Below, piece by piece: positions 7,812-16,910 of a stretch of 64,000 nt of DNA. The translations under genes and the position numbers were made by a program. Where the stretch lies: NCBI GenBank assembly GCA_030685015.1, contig JAUXWS010000059.1, positions 87,052-151,051 on the forward strand, in the 5' to 3' direction. The DNA comes from a bacterium (GTDB taxonomy: Bacteria; CAIWAD01). Numbering within the stretch: position 1 is the first letter of the stretch; each line of letters opens with the position of its first letter. Under the pieces are notes generated by a model. It saw nothing but the letters and a program-made list of their open reading frames with translations. It searched no databases and was not told where the DNA came from.

Positions 7812-10667
7812 ATGAACAAAGCGGCCTGGGGATTGCTTCCCTTCATCCTGATCCTGCTGCTGCCCCATGCCGGCGGCGCCATGTTCCACTTGATGACCGG
7901 CGCCAACCACGCGGAGCTGGCTTGGCGCAGCCTCAGCACCGAGCATTTCCGCATCCACTACCACCAGGGCCTGGAGCAGACGGCGCGGGATTGCGCCGAC
8001 ATCGCCGAGCAGGTCTATGGCCCCATCACCCGCCAACTGGGCGTGGAACCGCGTGGCCGGACGGAGCTGGCCATCACCGACGTCGACGCCGTGGTCAACG
8101 GCTTCGCCTTCCGTGACCGCATCGCCATCTGGGTGCACCAGAACGACTACATCAAGCACTTCTCCCAGCGGCGGGAGTGGCTGCACCAGGTCATCGCCCA
8201 CGAATTCCAGCACACGGTGGCCTTCGAGGCCCTGCGCGACTGGCGGGGCGCGGCGGGCCTCGGTCTCTCCGGCACGCCGGCCTGGTGGATGGAGGGACTG
8301 GCCGAGTACTACACCGAGCACTGGAACCTGCTGCGCTCGGACGAGGCGCTGCGCCGGGCCACCTTGGACAGGCGCCTCAAGGAGAGCGAAGCGCACGACG
8401 CCGGCTACGCCAAAGTGCTCTACCTGGCCTGGCGGGACGGGGACAGCACGCTGGTGAAGATCACGCGCTGGCGGCATCCCCGGTTGCGCACCCACTCTTT
8501 CCGGCGGGCCTTCAAGGAGGTCACCGGCCAGTCGCTCAGCGCCTTCGAGGAGGAGTGGTCGCGCCTGGTCTTCGCCCTCTACCACACGGAGCTGGCCCTG
8601 GGCGAGGCCCTGGACGAAATCGGCCGGCGGGTGGAGACGCCCCTGGCCCGCGTGGACTGGATGGCCCTCCTGCCCGACTCCAGCGCCTGGGTCGCGGTGG
8701 GACGGGACAGCCTCTCCCGCCGGGATCGGGCTCTCTACCGGATCTCCTGCGACTCCATGGGCCGGGCGGAAAGGCTGGCCCAGGGCCGCTTGCTGGACCG
8801 GGCGGCCCTGTCACCGGACGGAGGGCGGGTCGTGTTCGCCCGCAGCCTGCAAAACCGGCACGGTTCCTGGATCCCCGACCTCTGGGCACTGGATCTGGCC
8901 ACGGGCCGCGAGGAGCGGCTGACGAGCGGCGCGCGGGCGCAGGACCCGGCCCTGGCCACCGACGGCGCCCTGGCCTGGCTGGCCACTTCAGGGGACCGCC
9001 ATCGCCTCATGCTGGAGGAGGATGGCGAGACGCGGGTCCTGTGGGATCCCGGACCGGGCTGGGAGATGATGCGGCCGGATTTCTCCCCCGACGGCCGCCG
9101 GTTGGCCCTGGCCACCGACGATCCGGAGTCGTGCCGACGCATCACGCTGCTGGACCGGGCCAGGGGCGGGGCCACCCACCTGGAACCGCATTTCGAGGAC
9201 GAACGCGATCCCGTCTGGATCTCCGACAGCCTGCTGGCGATCACGGTCTTCGCGGACTTCCGGGCCAACCTCGCAGTCCGGGATCTGCACGGCGGCCTGC
9301 GGCGCGTCAGTGACAGCGGAGAGGGCCTGCGCAGCCTGGGCGCCGTGGGGCACGCGGACCAGGTTTGCTTGCTGACCCTCGCCCTGGATTCGGCCCGCGT
9401 CAGCCGCCCCCTGCTGGTGGATCCGGCCCGGCAGGCGGTGCCGGCGGAGCTGCCGCTGCACGCGCGGTACACGTCCTGGCGCCACCAGATGCCGGAGATC
9501 CGCGTCCCCGACTGGCGGCGCGGGGAGCGGACGGTGATCCTGGCCGATCGGCGCTACAACCCATGGGCGCTGAAGCCCCTGGCCGCGCTACTGCTGCCCC
9601 TGCCGGGCGGCGGCATGGGTGTGGCGGCCCTGGCCGACCCCCTGATGAAGAACATGGTGACCGTGACGGGCGGCGTGCTGGGCGATGACCTGCCCGTGGC
9701 CCAGGTGGGCTGGGAGAACCGGCAGCTGGACTGGACCCTGGGCCTGGCGGCGGGATGGAACACGGGATACGGTCTCGTCCTGGTCGACGACCGGGTGGTG
9801 GAGGTGAACAGCTCCCACCTCTCGACCTGGCTGGGGCGCCGTTGGCCCTTCTTCGCCAAACCCTATGAGCAGGTGGCGCTCAGCATCGGCCTGCGGCTGG
9901 AGGACGGATGGCGCACGGGCGACACCGGCGACACGCTGAGTTCACCCTTCCTGCCGGTGGACGGCCGTCGCGGCCAAGTCTCCCTCACCGCGGCGTGGAG
10001 CGGCCGCCCGCTGGAGGCCGACGCGGTCTGGTGGCCCAGCTGGAGCCATGGCCTCCAGCTTCACGGCGCCCTGGCCCGGCCCTGGATCCTGGGCGACGAG
10101 CAGCTGGACTACTGGCGGGCCGGCCTCTACCGCATCCAGCCATTGTTCCACCCCGCGGCGCGCCTGGTCGCCTCCGCCCGCCTCGACGCCTTCACCGGCA
10201 AGCGCCACACTTGGCGCGCCCTGGGCTTCTCGCCCGACCCCTTGCTGAACGCCTTGGACCTGGGCGATGCGACGGCCGGGGTGGCGGGATTGCCCAGCGG
10301 GCCGGTCTCCCACCTGCGGGCCCTGCCGCGCACCGTGGCCGGCGACCGGGTATTCCAGGCCAGCCTGGAGCTGCGCCTCAGTCCGGGGGCGCCCCCCCTC
10401 TTCCAAGTGTTGGACCTGGCCAACGGGCGCCTGACGCTGGCGCCCTTCGCCGACGTCGGCCATGTGGCGGACCGCGCCCGCCTGGAACCCGGCCAGCCCG
10501 CCCTCTGGCTGTGGACGAGCGGCCTGGAGCTGCAGCTGGGGTTGGTCGTGAAGAAGCTCACCATCGCCAGTCTCGGCCTGGGCGTGGGCGGAGAGGACCT
10601 GGACTGGCTGCGCGCCTCCCGTCATCGTCAGAGCTATTGGCGCATCCTGCTCAGCCGGCCGATCTGA
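7812..10667 (+). CDS. secreted multi-domain protein: N-terminal HExxH metallopeptidase-like domain, PD40/TolB-like beta-propeller repeats, and a C-terminal beta-barrel-like domain
   Basis: Part of the 1356-aa ORF 6597..10667. Start taken at the ATG at 7812, which begins the signal peptide MNKAAWGLLPFILILLLPHAGGA. Motif VIAHEFQHTVAFE (HExxH). Repeats of the form SPDGGRVVFARS and DFSPDGRRLALATDD. The C-terminus has alternating hydrophobic beta strands ending LGLGVGGEDLDW, which is Omp85/ShlB-like. Confidence 0.7.
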   Translation: MNKAAWGLLPFILILLLPHAGGAMFHLMTGANHAELAWRSLSTEHFRIHYHQGLEQTARDCADIAEQVYGPITRQLGVEPRGRTELAITDVDAVVNGFAFRDRIAIWVHQNDYIKHFSQRREWLHQVIAHEFQHTVAFEALRDWRGAAGLGLSGTPAWWMEGLAEYYTEHWNLLRSDEALRRATLDRRLKESEAHDAGYAKVLYLAWRDGDSTLVKITRWRHPRLRTHSFRRAFKEVTGQSLSAFEEEWSRLVFALYHTELALGEALDEIGRRVETPLARVDWMALLPDSSAWVAVGRDSLSRRDRALYRISCDSMGRAERLAQGRLLDRAALSPDGGRVVFARSLQNRHGSWIPDLWALDLATGREERLTSGARAQDPALATDGALAWLATSGDRHRLMLEEDGETRVLWDPGPGWEMMRPDFSPDGRRLALATDDPESCRRITLLDRARGGATHLEPHFEDERDPVWISDSLLAITVFADFRANLAVRDLHGGLRRVSDSGEGLRSLGAVGHADQVCLLTLALDSARVSRPLLVDPARQAVPAELPLHARYTSWRHQMPEIRVPDWRRGERTVILADRRYNPWALKPLAALLLPLPGGGMGVAALADPLMKNMVTVTGGVLGDDLPVAQVGWENRQLDWTLGLAAGWNTGYGLVLVDDRVVEVNSSHLSTWLGRRWPFFAKPYEQVALSIGLRLEDGWRTGDTGDTLSSPFLPVDGRRGQVSLTAAWSGRPLEADAVWWPSWSHGLQLHGALARPWILGDEQLDYWRAGLYRIQPLFHPAARLVASARLDAFTGKRHTWRALGFSPDPLLNALDLGDATAGVAGLPSGPVSHLRALPRTVAGDRVFQASLELRLSPGAPPLFQVLDLANGRLTLAPFADVGHVADRARLEPGQPALWLWTSGLELQLGLVVKKLTIASLGLGVGGEDLDWLRASRHRQSYWRILLSRPI

Positions 10668-10673
10668 TGACGG

Positions 10674-13106
10674 TCAGCCCGTGGCGCCGGTGCCATGGAA
10701 GCCCTCCAGGTTGTCCAGCAGCTCGCCGGGCAATTCCAGCTGCAAGGGGCGGGCGTCGTAGAACTCCTCGATGACGGCCAGGTTGTCCGCCTGGCTGAAG
10801 CGGTCGCAGAAGAGGACGATGCTGCCGCGGTCGTCGGGCCGGCGGATGACCCGGCCGGCCGCCTGCAGCACCCGGCAGAGGCCGGGCAGGCGGTAGGCCT
10901 GGTCGAAGCCCGACTCCCCGCGGGATTCGTACCAGAGGCGGGCCAACTCCCGCTCGTGGGAAAGCTGGGGCAGGCCGGGGCTGATCACCAAGGCGGCCTC
11001 CAGCATGCGGCCGGGATAATCGACAGCCTCGGCGAAAATGCCGCCCATCACGGTCAAGAGCAGGTGTGGACTCCGCCGCTCCAGTTTGCGCAACAGGGCC
11101 AGGCGGGCGGTCTGCTCCAGCTCGCCGTCATGGACAAGCAGGGGCAGGCCGGGGGGAAGCTGCTGGCGCAGGGATCGCAGGTAGGCGAAGGAGGGGAGGA
11201 AGACGGCCGTGTTGCCGCCCACGCGGCGGAAACAATCCGCCACGAGGCGGCCCAGCAGCGGCAGGCCGCGGCGGCGATCGCGCCAACGGCTGGACATGCC
11301 CTCGAAGATGACCAGGTTGCGATGCCCGGGAGGGAAGGGGGAGGGCGCGGCCATCGTTTCCAGCCGGCTCTCGCCGCGCAGGCCCAGCTCGCCCAGGTGC
11401 CAGTCCCACGGGCGCAAGGTGGCGGAGAAGAGCACGGCGGCGGGAAAGCGCGCCACCTGCTCCTGGATCCAGTCCCCGGCCCATGAGCAGCGGATCTCGA
11501 GCACCAGTCCGGGCGGTCCTTCCGGGCATGGCCTGACCAGGACGAGGGAGCGCCGCGAATCCTTCTCCTCCCGCGCCAGGGTGACGAAGCGATCCAGCCC
11601 GCGGTAGAACTCCACCGCCGGATCCTTCTCCACCACCAGGCCCATCAACACTCGGGTGAGGAGCAGGTCCACCAGATGGCGCTCATAGAGGGCCAGCACG
11701 GCCTCCAGCTCCTCATGGTCGAACCGGGCCGACAAGGCCCGGACGCCGTCATCGTAGGCGAACTCGAAGTCGCCATCCACCATCTCCTCGACCCGTCCGA
11801 AGAAGTCTTCCAGACGCTGCGCGGCCTTTGCCAGTCCCCTCAGCGGGCGCTGGAGGGGACCGCCCTGGAAAAGGTCGCCCCCCGCCAGCTCGACCTGCAG
11901 GTGGCGGGACAGCGCGGCCACGGCATCGCGGGAAAGTTCGCCGCTGAACCAGGAGCGGCCGCGGGGGGCCAGGTTGTGGGCCTCGTCGATGACGAGCACG
12001 AAATCCTGGGGATCGCCCTCCACAAAGAGACGGCGGATGCGCACCTGGGGGTCGAAGACATAGTTGTAGTCGCCCACCACCAGGTCGCGCGTCTCGGTCA
12101 GGGCCAGGGCGATCTCGTGCGGGCAGACACGGTGGCGCAGGCCGGCCGCCACCAGCTCCTCCCGATCCACCAGCGGCACCTCCGCCAGTTCGCGCAGGGC
12201 CTCCTCCAGGCGCGGCGCCATGCCCTTGAGCAGGGGACAATGCTCCTCGTGGCAGAAGTAGACCTCGGCCGGGCACATGCCCTCGCGACTGGACATGGCC
12301 ACGGCCGTGACACAGGTCTGCCCCCGGTTGAGCGCCCGCGCCACCTGGAGGGCAGCCTCGCGGCCCGTGTTCTTCGCCGTGCAGAAGAAGACGCGGCGGC
12401 CCGCCGCCATGGCCGTGCGCAAGGCCGGCAGCAGGACGGAGACGGACTTGCCCAGTCCCGTGGGGGCGTTCAGCAGCAGGAGGCGGCTCCGGACCAGGGC
12501 GTTCTCCACGTCCTGCATGAGGGCGCGCTGGCCGGGCCGGGGAGCGGGAAAGGGGAAGTCCAGCCGCCGGGAGCGCGCCCGGCGTTGTTGGCTTGCCCCG
12601 TCCTGCGCCTCCTCGCGGGCCAGGGCGAGGGCGACCTGGGTCTCCAGCACGGCCAGCAGTTGGGCGGCGGGGCGCTCCAGCTCCAGCACGCGCTCGGACC
12701 CGTCCCCCAGGTTGACCAGCCGCAGGCGGGCCTGCACGGTGGCGGCGGGCTTCAGCATCCAGGCGTAGAAGAGGGCCTGCAGGGCGTGGCCGGGGAAGTC
12801 CTCGGCCCGGAAGCGCCTCATGCGTTCGGCCGAGGCGAGCACGGTCTTCACCTCCTCCACCACGCCCTCGGCGTCCACCAGGTCGGCGCGGCCCTGGAGC
12901 TCGACCTCCTGGTCCAGCAAACGGCCCCGCCAGGAGAGGGGAAGCTCGACGCGGGCGCCCTCGGCCATGGCGCGCGTCTGGTGCTGCATGTGCAGGCGCT
13001 GCCCCTGGCGGGCGCGGCCGGGAATCCAGCCACCGCCGTCGTTGCGGCCGCCCTCGGCCAGTTCGCAAAGGGCCTGGACGGAGAAGTGGCGCACGGGCTC
13101 AGGCAT
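10674..13106 (-). CDS. DinG/XPD-family ATP-dependent DNA helicase (Fe-S) with an N-terminal PD-(D/E)XK (RecB/Cas4-like) nuclease-like extension
   Basis: Helicase motif I LLLNAPTGLGKS, DEAH box VIDEAHNL, and four Cys in the Fe-S insert (CPAEVYFCHEEHCPLL...CPHE). The N-terminal ~170 aa carry GRADLVD...VEEVK...QALFY, matching PD-(D/E)XK nuclease motifs II, III and QxxxY. Confidence 0.8.
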   Translation of the reverse strand: MPEPVRHFSVQALCELAEGGRNDGGGWIPGRARQGQRLHMQHQTRAMAEGARVELPLSWRGRLLDQEVELQGRADLVDAEGVVEEVKTVLASAERMRRFRAEDFPGHALQALFYAWMLKPAATVQARLRLVNLGDGSERVLELERPAAQLLAVLETQVALALAREEAQDGASQQRRARSRRLDFPFPAPRPGQRALMQDVENALVRSRLLLLNAPTGLGKSVSVLLPALRTAMAAGRRVFFCTAKNTGREAALQVARALNRGQTCVTAVAMSSREGMCPAEVYFCHEEHCPLLKGMAPRLEEALRELAEVPLVDREELVAAGLRHRVCPHEIALALTETRDLVVGDYNYVFDPQVRIRRLFVEGDPQDFVLVIDEAHNLAPRGRSWFSGELSRDAVAALSRHLQVELAGGDLFQGGPLQRPLRGLAKAAQRLEDFFGRVEEMVDGDFEFAYDDGVRALSARFDHEELEAVLALYERHLVDLLLTRVLMGLVVEKDPAVEFYRGLDRFVTLAREEKDSRRSLVLVRPCPEGPPGLVLEIRCSWAGDWIQEQVARFPAAVLFSATLRPWDWHLGELGLRGESRLETMAAPSPFPPGHRNLVIFEGMSSRWRDRRRGLPLLGRLVADCFRRVGGNTAVFLPSFAYLRSLRQQLPPGLPLLVHDGELEQTARLALLRKLERRSPHLLLTVMGGIFAEAVDYPGRMLEAALVISPGLPQLSHERELARLWYESRGESGFDQAYRLPGLCRVLQAAGRVIRRPDDRGSIVLFCDRFSQADNLAVIEEFYDARPLQLELPGELLDNLEGFHGTGATG

Positions 13107-13202
13107 GGCGGCGGCTCATGGCGAGGCGGCGGGCGCGGAGGAACCGGCCTCGCCGGGTTGATCGGGGAAGGGCTGGGCTGGCGTTCGCCGCATGGTCGGG
13201 GC

Positions 13203-14471
13203 TCAGGTTTTCTGCTTCTTCTTCTTGGCCGCGGGGAAGAGCACGTTGTTGAGGATGAGACGGTAGCCGGGCGAGTTGCGGTGCAGGCTGAGCTGGGTCT
13301 CGGGGTCGCCCACCATGTGCCGGTAGTCCTCCGGGTCGTGGCCGCCATAGAAGGTGAAGGTGCCCTTGCCCACGTTGCCGTGGATGTAGCGGGTCTCGTT
13401 GCTGCCTTCGATCTCGCCCATCACCAGCACGTGCGGCTTGAGACGGTCGCGGCGGAAGGCGGTGGTCTGGCCCATGAAGCCGCGCACCCAGGAGACGTGG
13501 TTCTGGGTGAGCATGGTGGGCACTGGATCCCATTTGGCGCTGAACTCGAAGAGGCTGAACCAGTCCTGCTCCTCGGGGATGTTTCGACCGGTGACCGGTC
13601 CCAGGTCGATGTCGGAGAATTCGTAGACCATGGGGTCGGTGATGATCTGGAAGTCGGTGAAGGCCACGCACTGGCTGTAGTCGATCTTGCCGGCCCAGCC
13701 CGGATCGATCCCGTCACCATCGAACACCGCGTCGCAGATGTCCGTGTCCATGGCGGAGAGGGCGACGTCGTAGGAGTCGGTGGCGCTGCACATGGCGAAC
13801 ATGAAGCCGCCCTGCTCCATGAAGTCGCGGATGGCCAGGGCCACGGCCAGTTTCGCCCGCGAGACCTTGGCGAAGCCGAGCCGGCGGGCCAGGGCCTCGG
13901 CCTCGGCCTGCTGCCTGATGTACCACGCCGCGCTGTGGTACTGCGCGTAGAACTTGCCGTACTGGCCGGTGAAGTCCTCGTGGTGGAGGTGGAGCCAATC
14001 GTAGTCGGGCAGCTTGCCGGTCAGCACCTCCTCGTCCCAGATGCGATCGAACTCGATCTCAGCGTACTCGAGGGCCATGGTCACGGCGTCATCCCACGGC
14101 TGGCTGTCGGGCGGGGCGTAGATGGCCACCTTGGGCGCCTTCTCGAGCAGGATGCGATCCATGTTCTCCTGCTCGATGGTGGCATGGATCGCCGCCGCCG
14201 CGGCGCCGCCCACCGACTCCCAGCTCACGCCGGTCAGGCGCAGGCGCTCCTCGAGGGCGGGGAACTCATCCATCATGAAGCTGCCGCCGCGATAGTTGAG
14301 CAGCCATTCCACGTCCACGCCCTGGCTCAGCGTCCACCATGCCACGCCGTAGGCCTTCAGGTGGTCGCGCTGGGCCGGATCCATCGGGACGAGGATCTTG
14401 CCTTCAAGGGCCGGCGCCCCCGCCAGGGCAAGGGCCGCCAGGGCGGTGGCGATGCGGGTGGTGGGTCTCAT
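13203..14471 (-). CDS. secreted hypothetical protein (possible ThuA / class-I amidotransferase-like fold)
   Basis: ORF 13203..14510, with start at the ATG for the signal peptide MRPTTRIATALAALALAGAPALEG. No confident family assignment. Lys-rich C-terminal tail. Confidence 0.55.
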   Translation of the reverse strand: MRPTTRIATALAALALAGAPALEGKILVPMDPAQRDHLKAYGVAWWTLSQGVDVEWLLNYRGGSFMMDEFPALEERLRLTGVSWESVGGAAAAAIHATIEQENMDRILLEKAPKVAIYAPPDSQPWDDAVTMALEYAEIEFDRIWDEEVLTGKLPDYDWLHLHHEDFTGQYGKFYAQYHSAAWYIRQQAEAEALARRLGFAKVSRAKLAVALAIRDFMEQGGFMFAMCSATDSYDVALSAMDTDICDAVFDGDGIDPGWAGKIDYSQCVAFTDFQIITDPMVYEFSDIDLGPVTGRNIPEEQDWFSLFEFSAKWDPVPTMLTQNHVSWVRGFMGQTTAFRRDRLKPHVLVMGEIEGSNETRYIHGNVGKGTFTFYGGHDPEDYRHMVGDPETQLSLHRNSPGYRLILNNVLFPAAKKKKQKT

Positions 14472-14506
14472 GCCGCTTGTGCCTTCGTTTCCTTCAACAG
14501 CCAGGA

Positions 14507-16405
14507 TCAACGCGGTCGGCCGTCGCCGACGGGCTCAGCTGGACTGACCGCGGCGCCTTCGCCCGGACTTCCGCCCTCCCAGCCGCGCAGGCGACGCCGC
14601 ACGGCGTCCTGCAGCAGGCTCTGGGGCCAGGTCCGCAACAAGTCCAGGGCCTGGGCGCGCAGGCTGTCCACGGGCTGGCCCTCCCCTTCCATCGCCTCCA
14701 GTTCCATCCAGGCCAGTCGGTCCAGGCGGACCGACTCCGGTTGCCGTAGCCGGTAGCGCGCGTACTCGGCCCGGGCCTCGGTCGGCGGCATTTCCCTGGT
14801 GGCCAGCAGGCAGGCCCGCCAGTCCAGCCACTCAGCCAGGCGGCCGGTGGAGCTCTCCGCCGTGGCATGGAGCAGATCCAGGGCCTCCCGCCAGCGGCCC
14901 GCGTAGGCCAGGCGGTCCGCCCGGGCCGCTTCCACCACCTTCGCCGAATCCGTCGTGGCGAAGGCCATCAGGTCCATCAGCTCGATGGCGTCGTTGAAGA
15001 CTACCTGCCGGGTGCTCGTCTTGAGGAAGGCGCCCAGGCCTTCGCGGCAGGCGCTCAGGCGTCCGGCCCACCAGTCCAGGCTCAGGCCCAGCCAGTCAAG
15101 TTCCGACGCGCCCTCAGCGCCGGGACCTTGTTGCGCCCGCAGGCGGCGCAAGGCGTCGCGGGCCCGCTCGTGCTCACCCTGACAGCCCAGCAGCAGGACC
15201 AGTCGACGCCCCGCCTCGCGGTGGGAGGGCTGACGCGCGAGGACGCCCTCCAATTCCCGCGCCGCTTCCGGCAAGTGCCCCAAGGGGCGGTGGAGCAGGT
15301 CGGCCGCCCTCATGGCGGCGGGAAGACCCTTGGCCCCGCCCGTGCCAGCGGCCTGGCGGAAGAGGGCGAGCGCCTCCTCGGGCTTGTCCAGCGCGGCCAG
15401 GCATTCGGCCTTGAGCAACAGGAACTCGGGCTGCGTGGCGGGGTGCCGACCCCGGCGGGCCAGATCCTCGAGCAGAGCAAGGGCCGCCTTGTGGCTGCCG
15501 TCCCGCACCAGATCGCCCGCCAGGCGGAAGGGCGCCGCCCCCGTCCCGTCCGTGTCCAGCCGCCAGGCAAGCGGCACGGCCTTGCCGACCCAGCGGTGCT
15601 GGACCAGGATCCCCAGCACGGCTTCGCCCAGGGCGGGGCAGGTCTCCTTGCCGCCTTCCACCCGCTTCAACATGTGCTCGATCAGGACCCGGCGGTCCGT
15701 CGCGCCCTCGGCCAGGGCCAGCAGGCGCGGCTCCAGCACGCGTCCCGCCGCCTGCTGGCGGCAGCCCCAGAGGGCCAGCTCGTCGAAGGCTTCGCGGGGG
15801 TGGCCCGATTCCTCGTGCATCTGGGCCAGCTCCAGGGCCCACAGGTCCACGGAGGAGGCGCGCCGGCGCTGTTCGGTGGCCCAGGCATGGGCCTCATCAA
15901 TCAGACGAACCTGACGATAACTGTGAAACACGGCCAGGGCCAGGGGCTCGGAGCTTGCCTGCTCTTTCATCTGCTTCCACAGGTCGGCGGCCCGGGCCGG
16001 GCGGCCCAGGCGATAGTGGGCGCCGGCGAGAGCGCCGGCGATCTGGAAATCAGGGTAGCTGACCAAGCGCCCACCGGTCGGCAAGCGGGCGGCGAGTTCT
16101 TCCATGCTGCGTCGCGCCCCCTCCTCGTCGTTCAGCCGCACTTGGAGGTCCAGCATCTGCAGCAGGGGTCCCGCGTCGGAACGCCGCCCGGACAGACTCT
16201 CGAGGATCAGGAGCGCCTGCTGGAACTGCCCTTGCTGGATGAGGCGGTTGGCCCGGTCCTGCAACTCGTTCTGGCGCCTCGCATCGGGCTCAAGACCATC
16301 GGCCTGGCCGGAGACGCCCGCTGGTTGCGCCTGCAGTCCCACAACCGGCGCCATGGCGAGCAGCAACCCAAGTGACAGGATCGTGCAATATCTGACACCC
16401 TTCAT
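14507..16405 (-). CDS. TPR-repeat protein with signal peptide
   Basis: ORF 14507..16435, with start at the internal ATG for MKGVRYCTILSLGLLLAMAPVVGLQA. The body is Ala/Leu-rich helical TPR-like repeats. It overlaps the downstream gene start by 4 bp. Confidence 0.6.
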   Translation of the reverse strand: MKGVRYCTILSLGLLLAMAPVVGLQAQPAGVSGQADGLEPDARRQNELQDRANRLIQQGQFQQALLILESLSGRRSDAGPLLQMLDLQVRLNDEEGARRSMEELAARLPTGGRLVSYPDFQIAGALAGAHYRLGRPARAADLWKQMKEQASSEPLALAVFHSYRQVRLIDEAHAWATEQRRRASSVDLWALELAQMHEESGHPREAFDELALWGCRQQAAGRVLEPRLLALAEGATDRRVLIEHMLKRVEGGKETCPALGEAVLGILVQHRWVGKAVPLAWRLDTDGTGAAPFRLAGDLVRDGSHKAALALLEDLARRGRHPATQPEFLLLKAECLAALDKPEEALALFRQAAGTGGAKGLPAAMRAADLLHRPLGHLPEAARELEGVLARQPSHREAGRRLVLLLGCQGEHERARDALRRLRAQQGPGAEGASELDWLGLSLDWWAGRLSACREGLGAFLKTSTRQVVFNDAIELMDLMAFATTDSAKVVEAARADRLAYAGRWREALDLLHATAESSTGRLAEWLDWRACLLATREMPPTEARAEYARYRLRQPESVRLDRLAWMELEAMEGEGQPVDSLRAQALDLLRTWPQSLLQDAVRRRLRGWEGGSPGEGAAVSPAEPVGDGRPR

Positions 16406-16473
16406 GGGGAGCAAGGTAGGCAGCTTGGGCCGCAATTGAACAGGGTGGCGTGGCGGGGGAGGACACTGCTCAC

Positions 16474-16513
16474 ATCTTGAACAATCTTAACAAGTAGCCC
16501 GAATCTTCAATCA
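16474..16513 (+). promoter_or_regulatory. three direct repeats ATCTT(G/A/C)AACAA in a low-GC intergenic region, a possible regulator binding array
   Basis: Seen directly: atcttgaacaa, atcttaacaa and atcttcaatca within 40 nt. They lie between the divergent TPR gene (-) and the small ORF at 16586 (+). Confidence 0.3.
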
Positions 16514-16557
16514 GGGCAAGCGATTGCGGGCTATGGCGATCTGGACTGATTGTGAAA

Positions 16558-16572
16558 TGGTACGCGGTTTGC
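16558..16572 (+). promoter_or_regulatory. sigma54-like -24/-12 element TGGTAC-N5-TTGC
   Basis: TGGTACGCGGTTTGC has correct GG-N10-GC spacing, with one mismatch to the TGGCAC consensus. It lies only ~14 nt upstream of the ATG at 16586, so the leader would be very short. Confidence 0.25.
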
Positions 16573-16585
16573 TGTCGGGGAGCTC

Positions 16586-16867
16586 ATGAAGAACGACGGC
16601 GTGGAAAAACAGGATCTCATCCGCTATCGAACCTACGCGGACGCGCTCATCCGCCTCAACAATGCGGCCAGCGTCTTGTTGCAGGAGGGAGCCGACCCGG
16701 AGGCGATCAAGCTGATCCTCTCCGGCGCCGCCAAGCTTTATGCGGAACTGGAGCGCCGCATGGTGCAAGCCTTCTCCGAGGAAGGGCCGCGCAACATCGA
16801 TCCGGACTTCCCGGATCCTGCGCGGGGAGGCTGGACCATGCCGCCCGTCTCACCGCCAGGACCCTGA
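16586..16867 (+). CDS. small hypothetical protein (93 aa)
   Basis: ORF in an otherwise non-coding 470-nt gap. GGGGAG lies just upstream of the ATG. No family recognised. Confidence 0.4.
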   Translation: MKNDGVEKQDLIRYRTYADALIRLNNAASVLLQEGADPEAIKLILSGAAKLYAELERRMVQAFSEEGPRNIDPDFPDPARGGWTMPPVSPPGP

Positions 16868-16910
16868 GCCAACCATCCCAACTGAACTTGCGCCGGGGCG
16901 CAGGCCTCCA

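Noticed and set aside
7635-8585. 316-aa ORF antisense to the peptidase/propeller gene
   Set aside because: It lies entirely inside a well-supported plus-strand gene. Its product is Pro/Arg/Gly-rich low complexity, typical of GC-driven shadow ORFs.
11676-14756. 1026-aa plus-strand ORF
   Set aside because: It is antisense to the DinG helicase and the secreted protein. It is glycine, alanine and arginine rich with no motifs, so a high-GC artefact.
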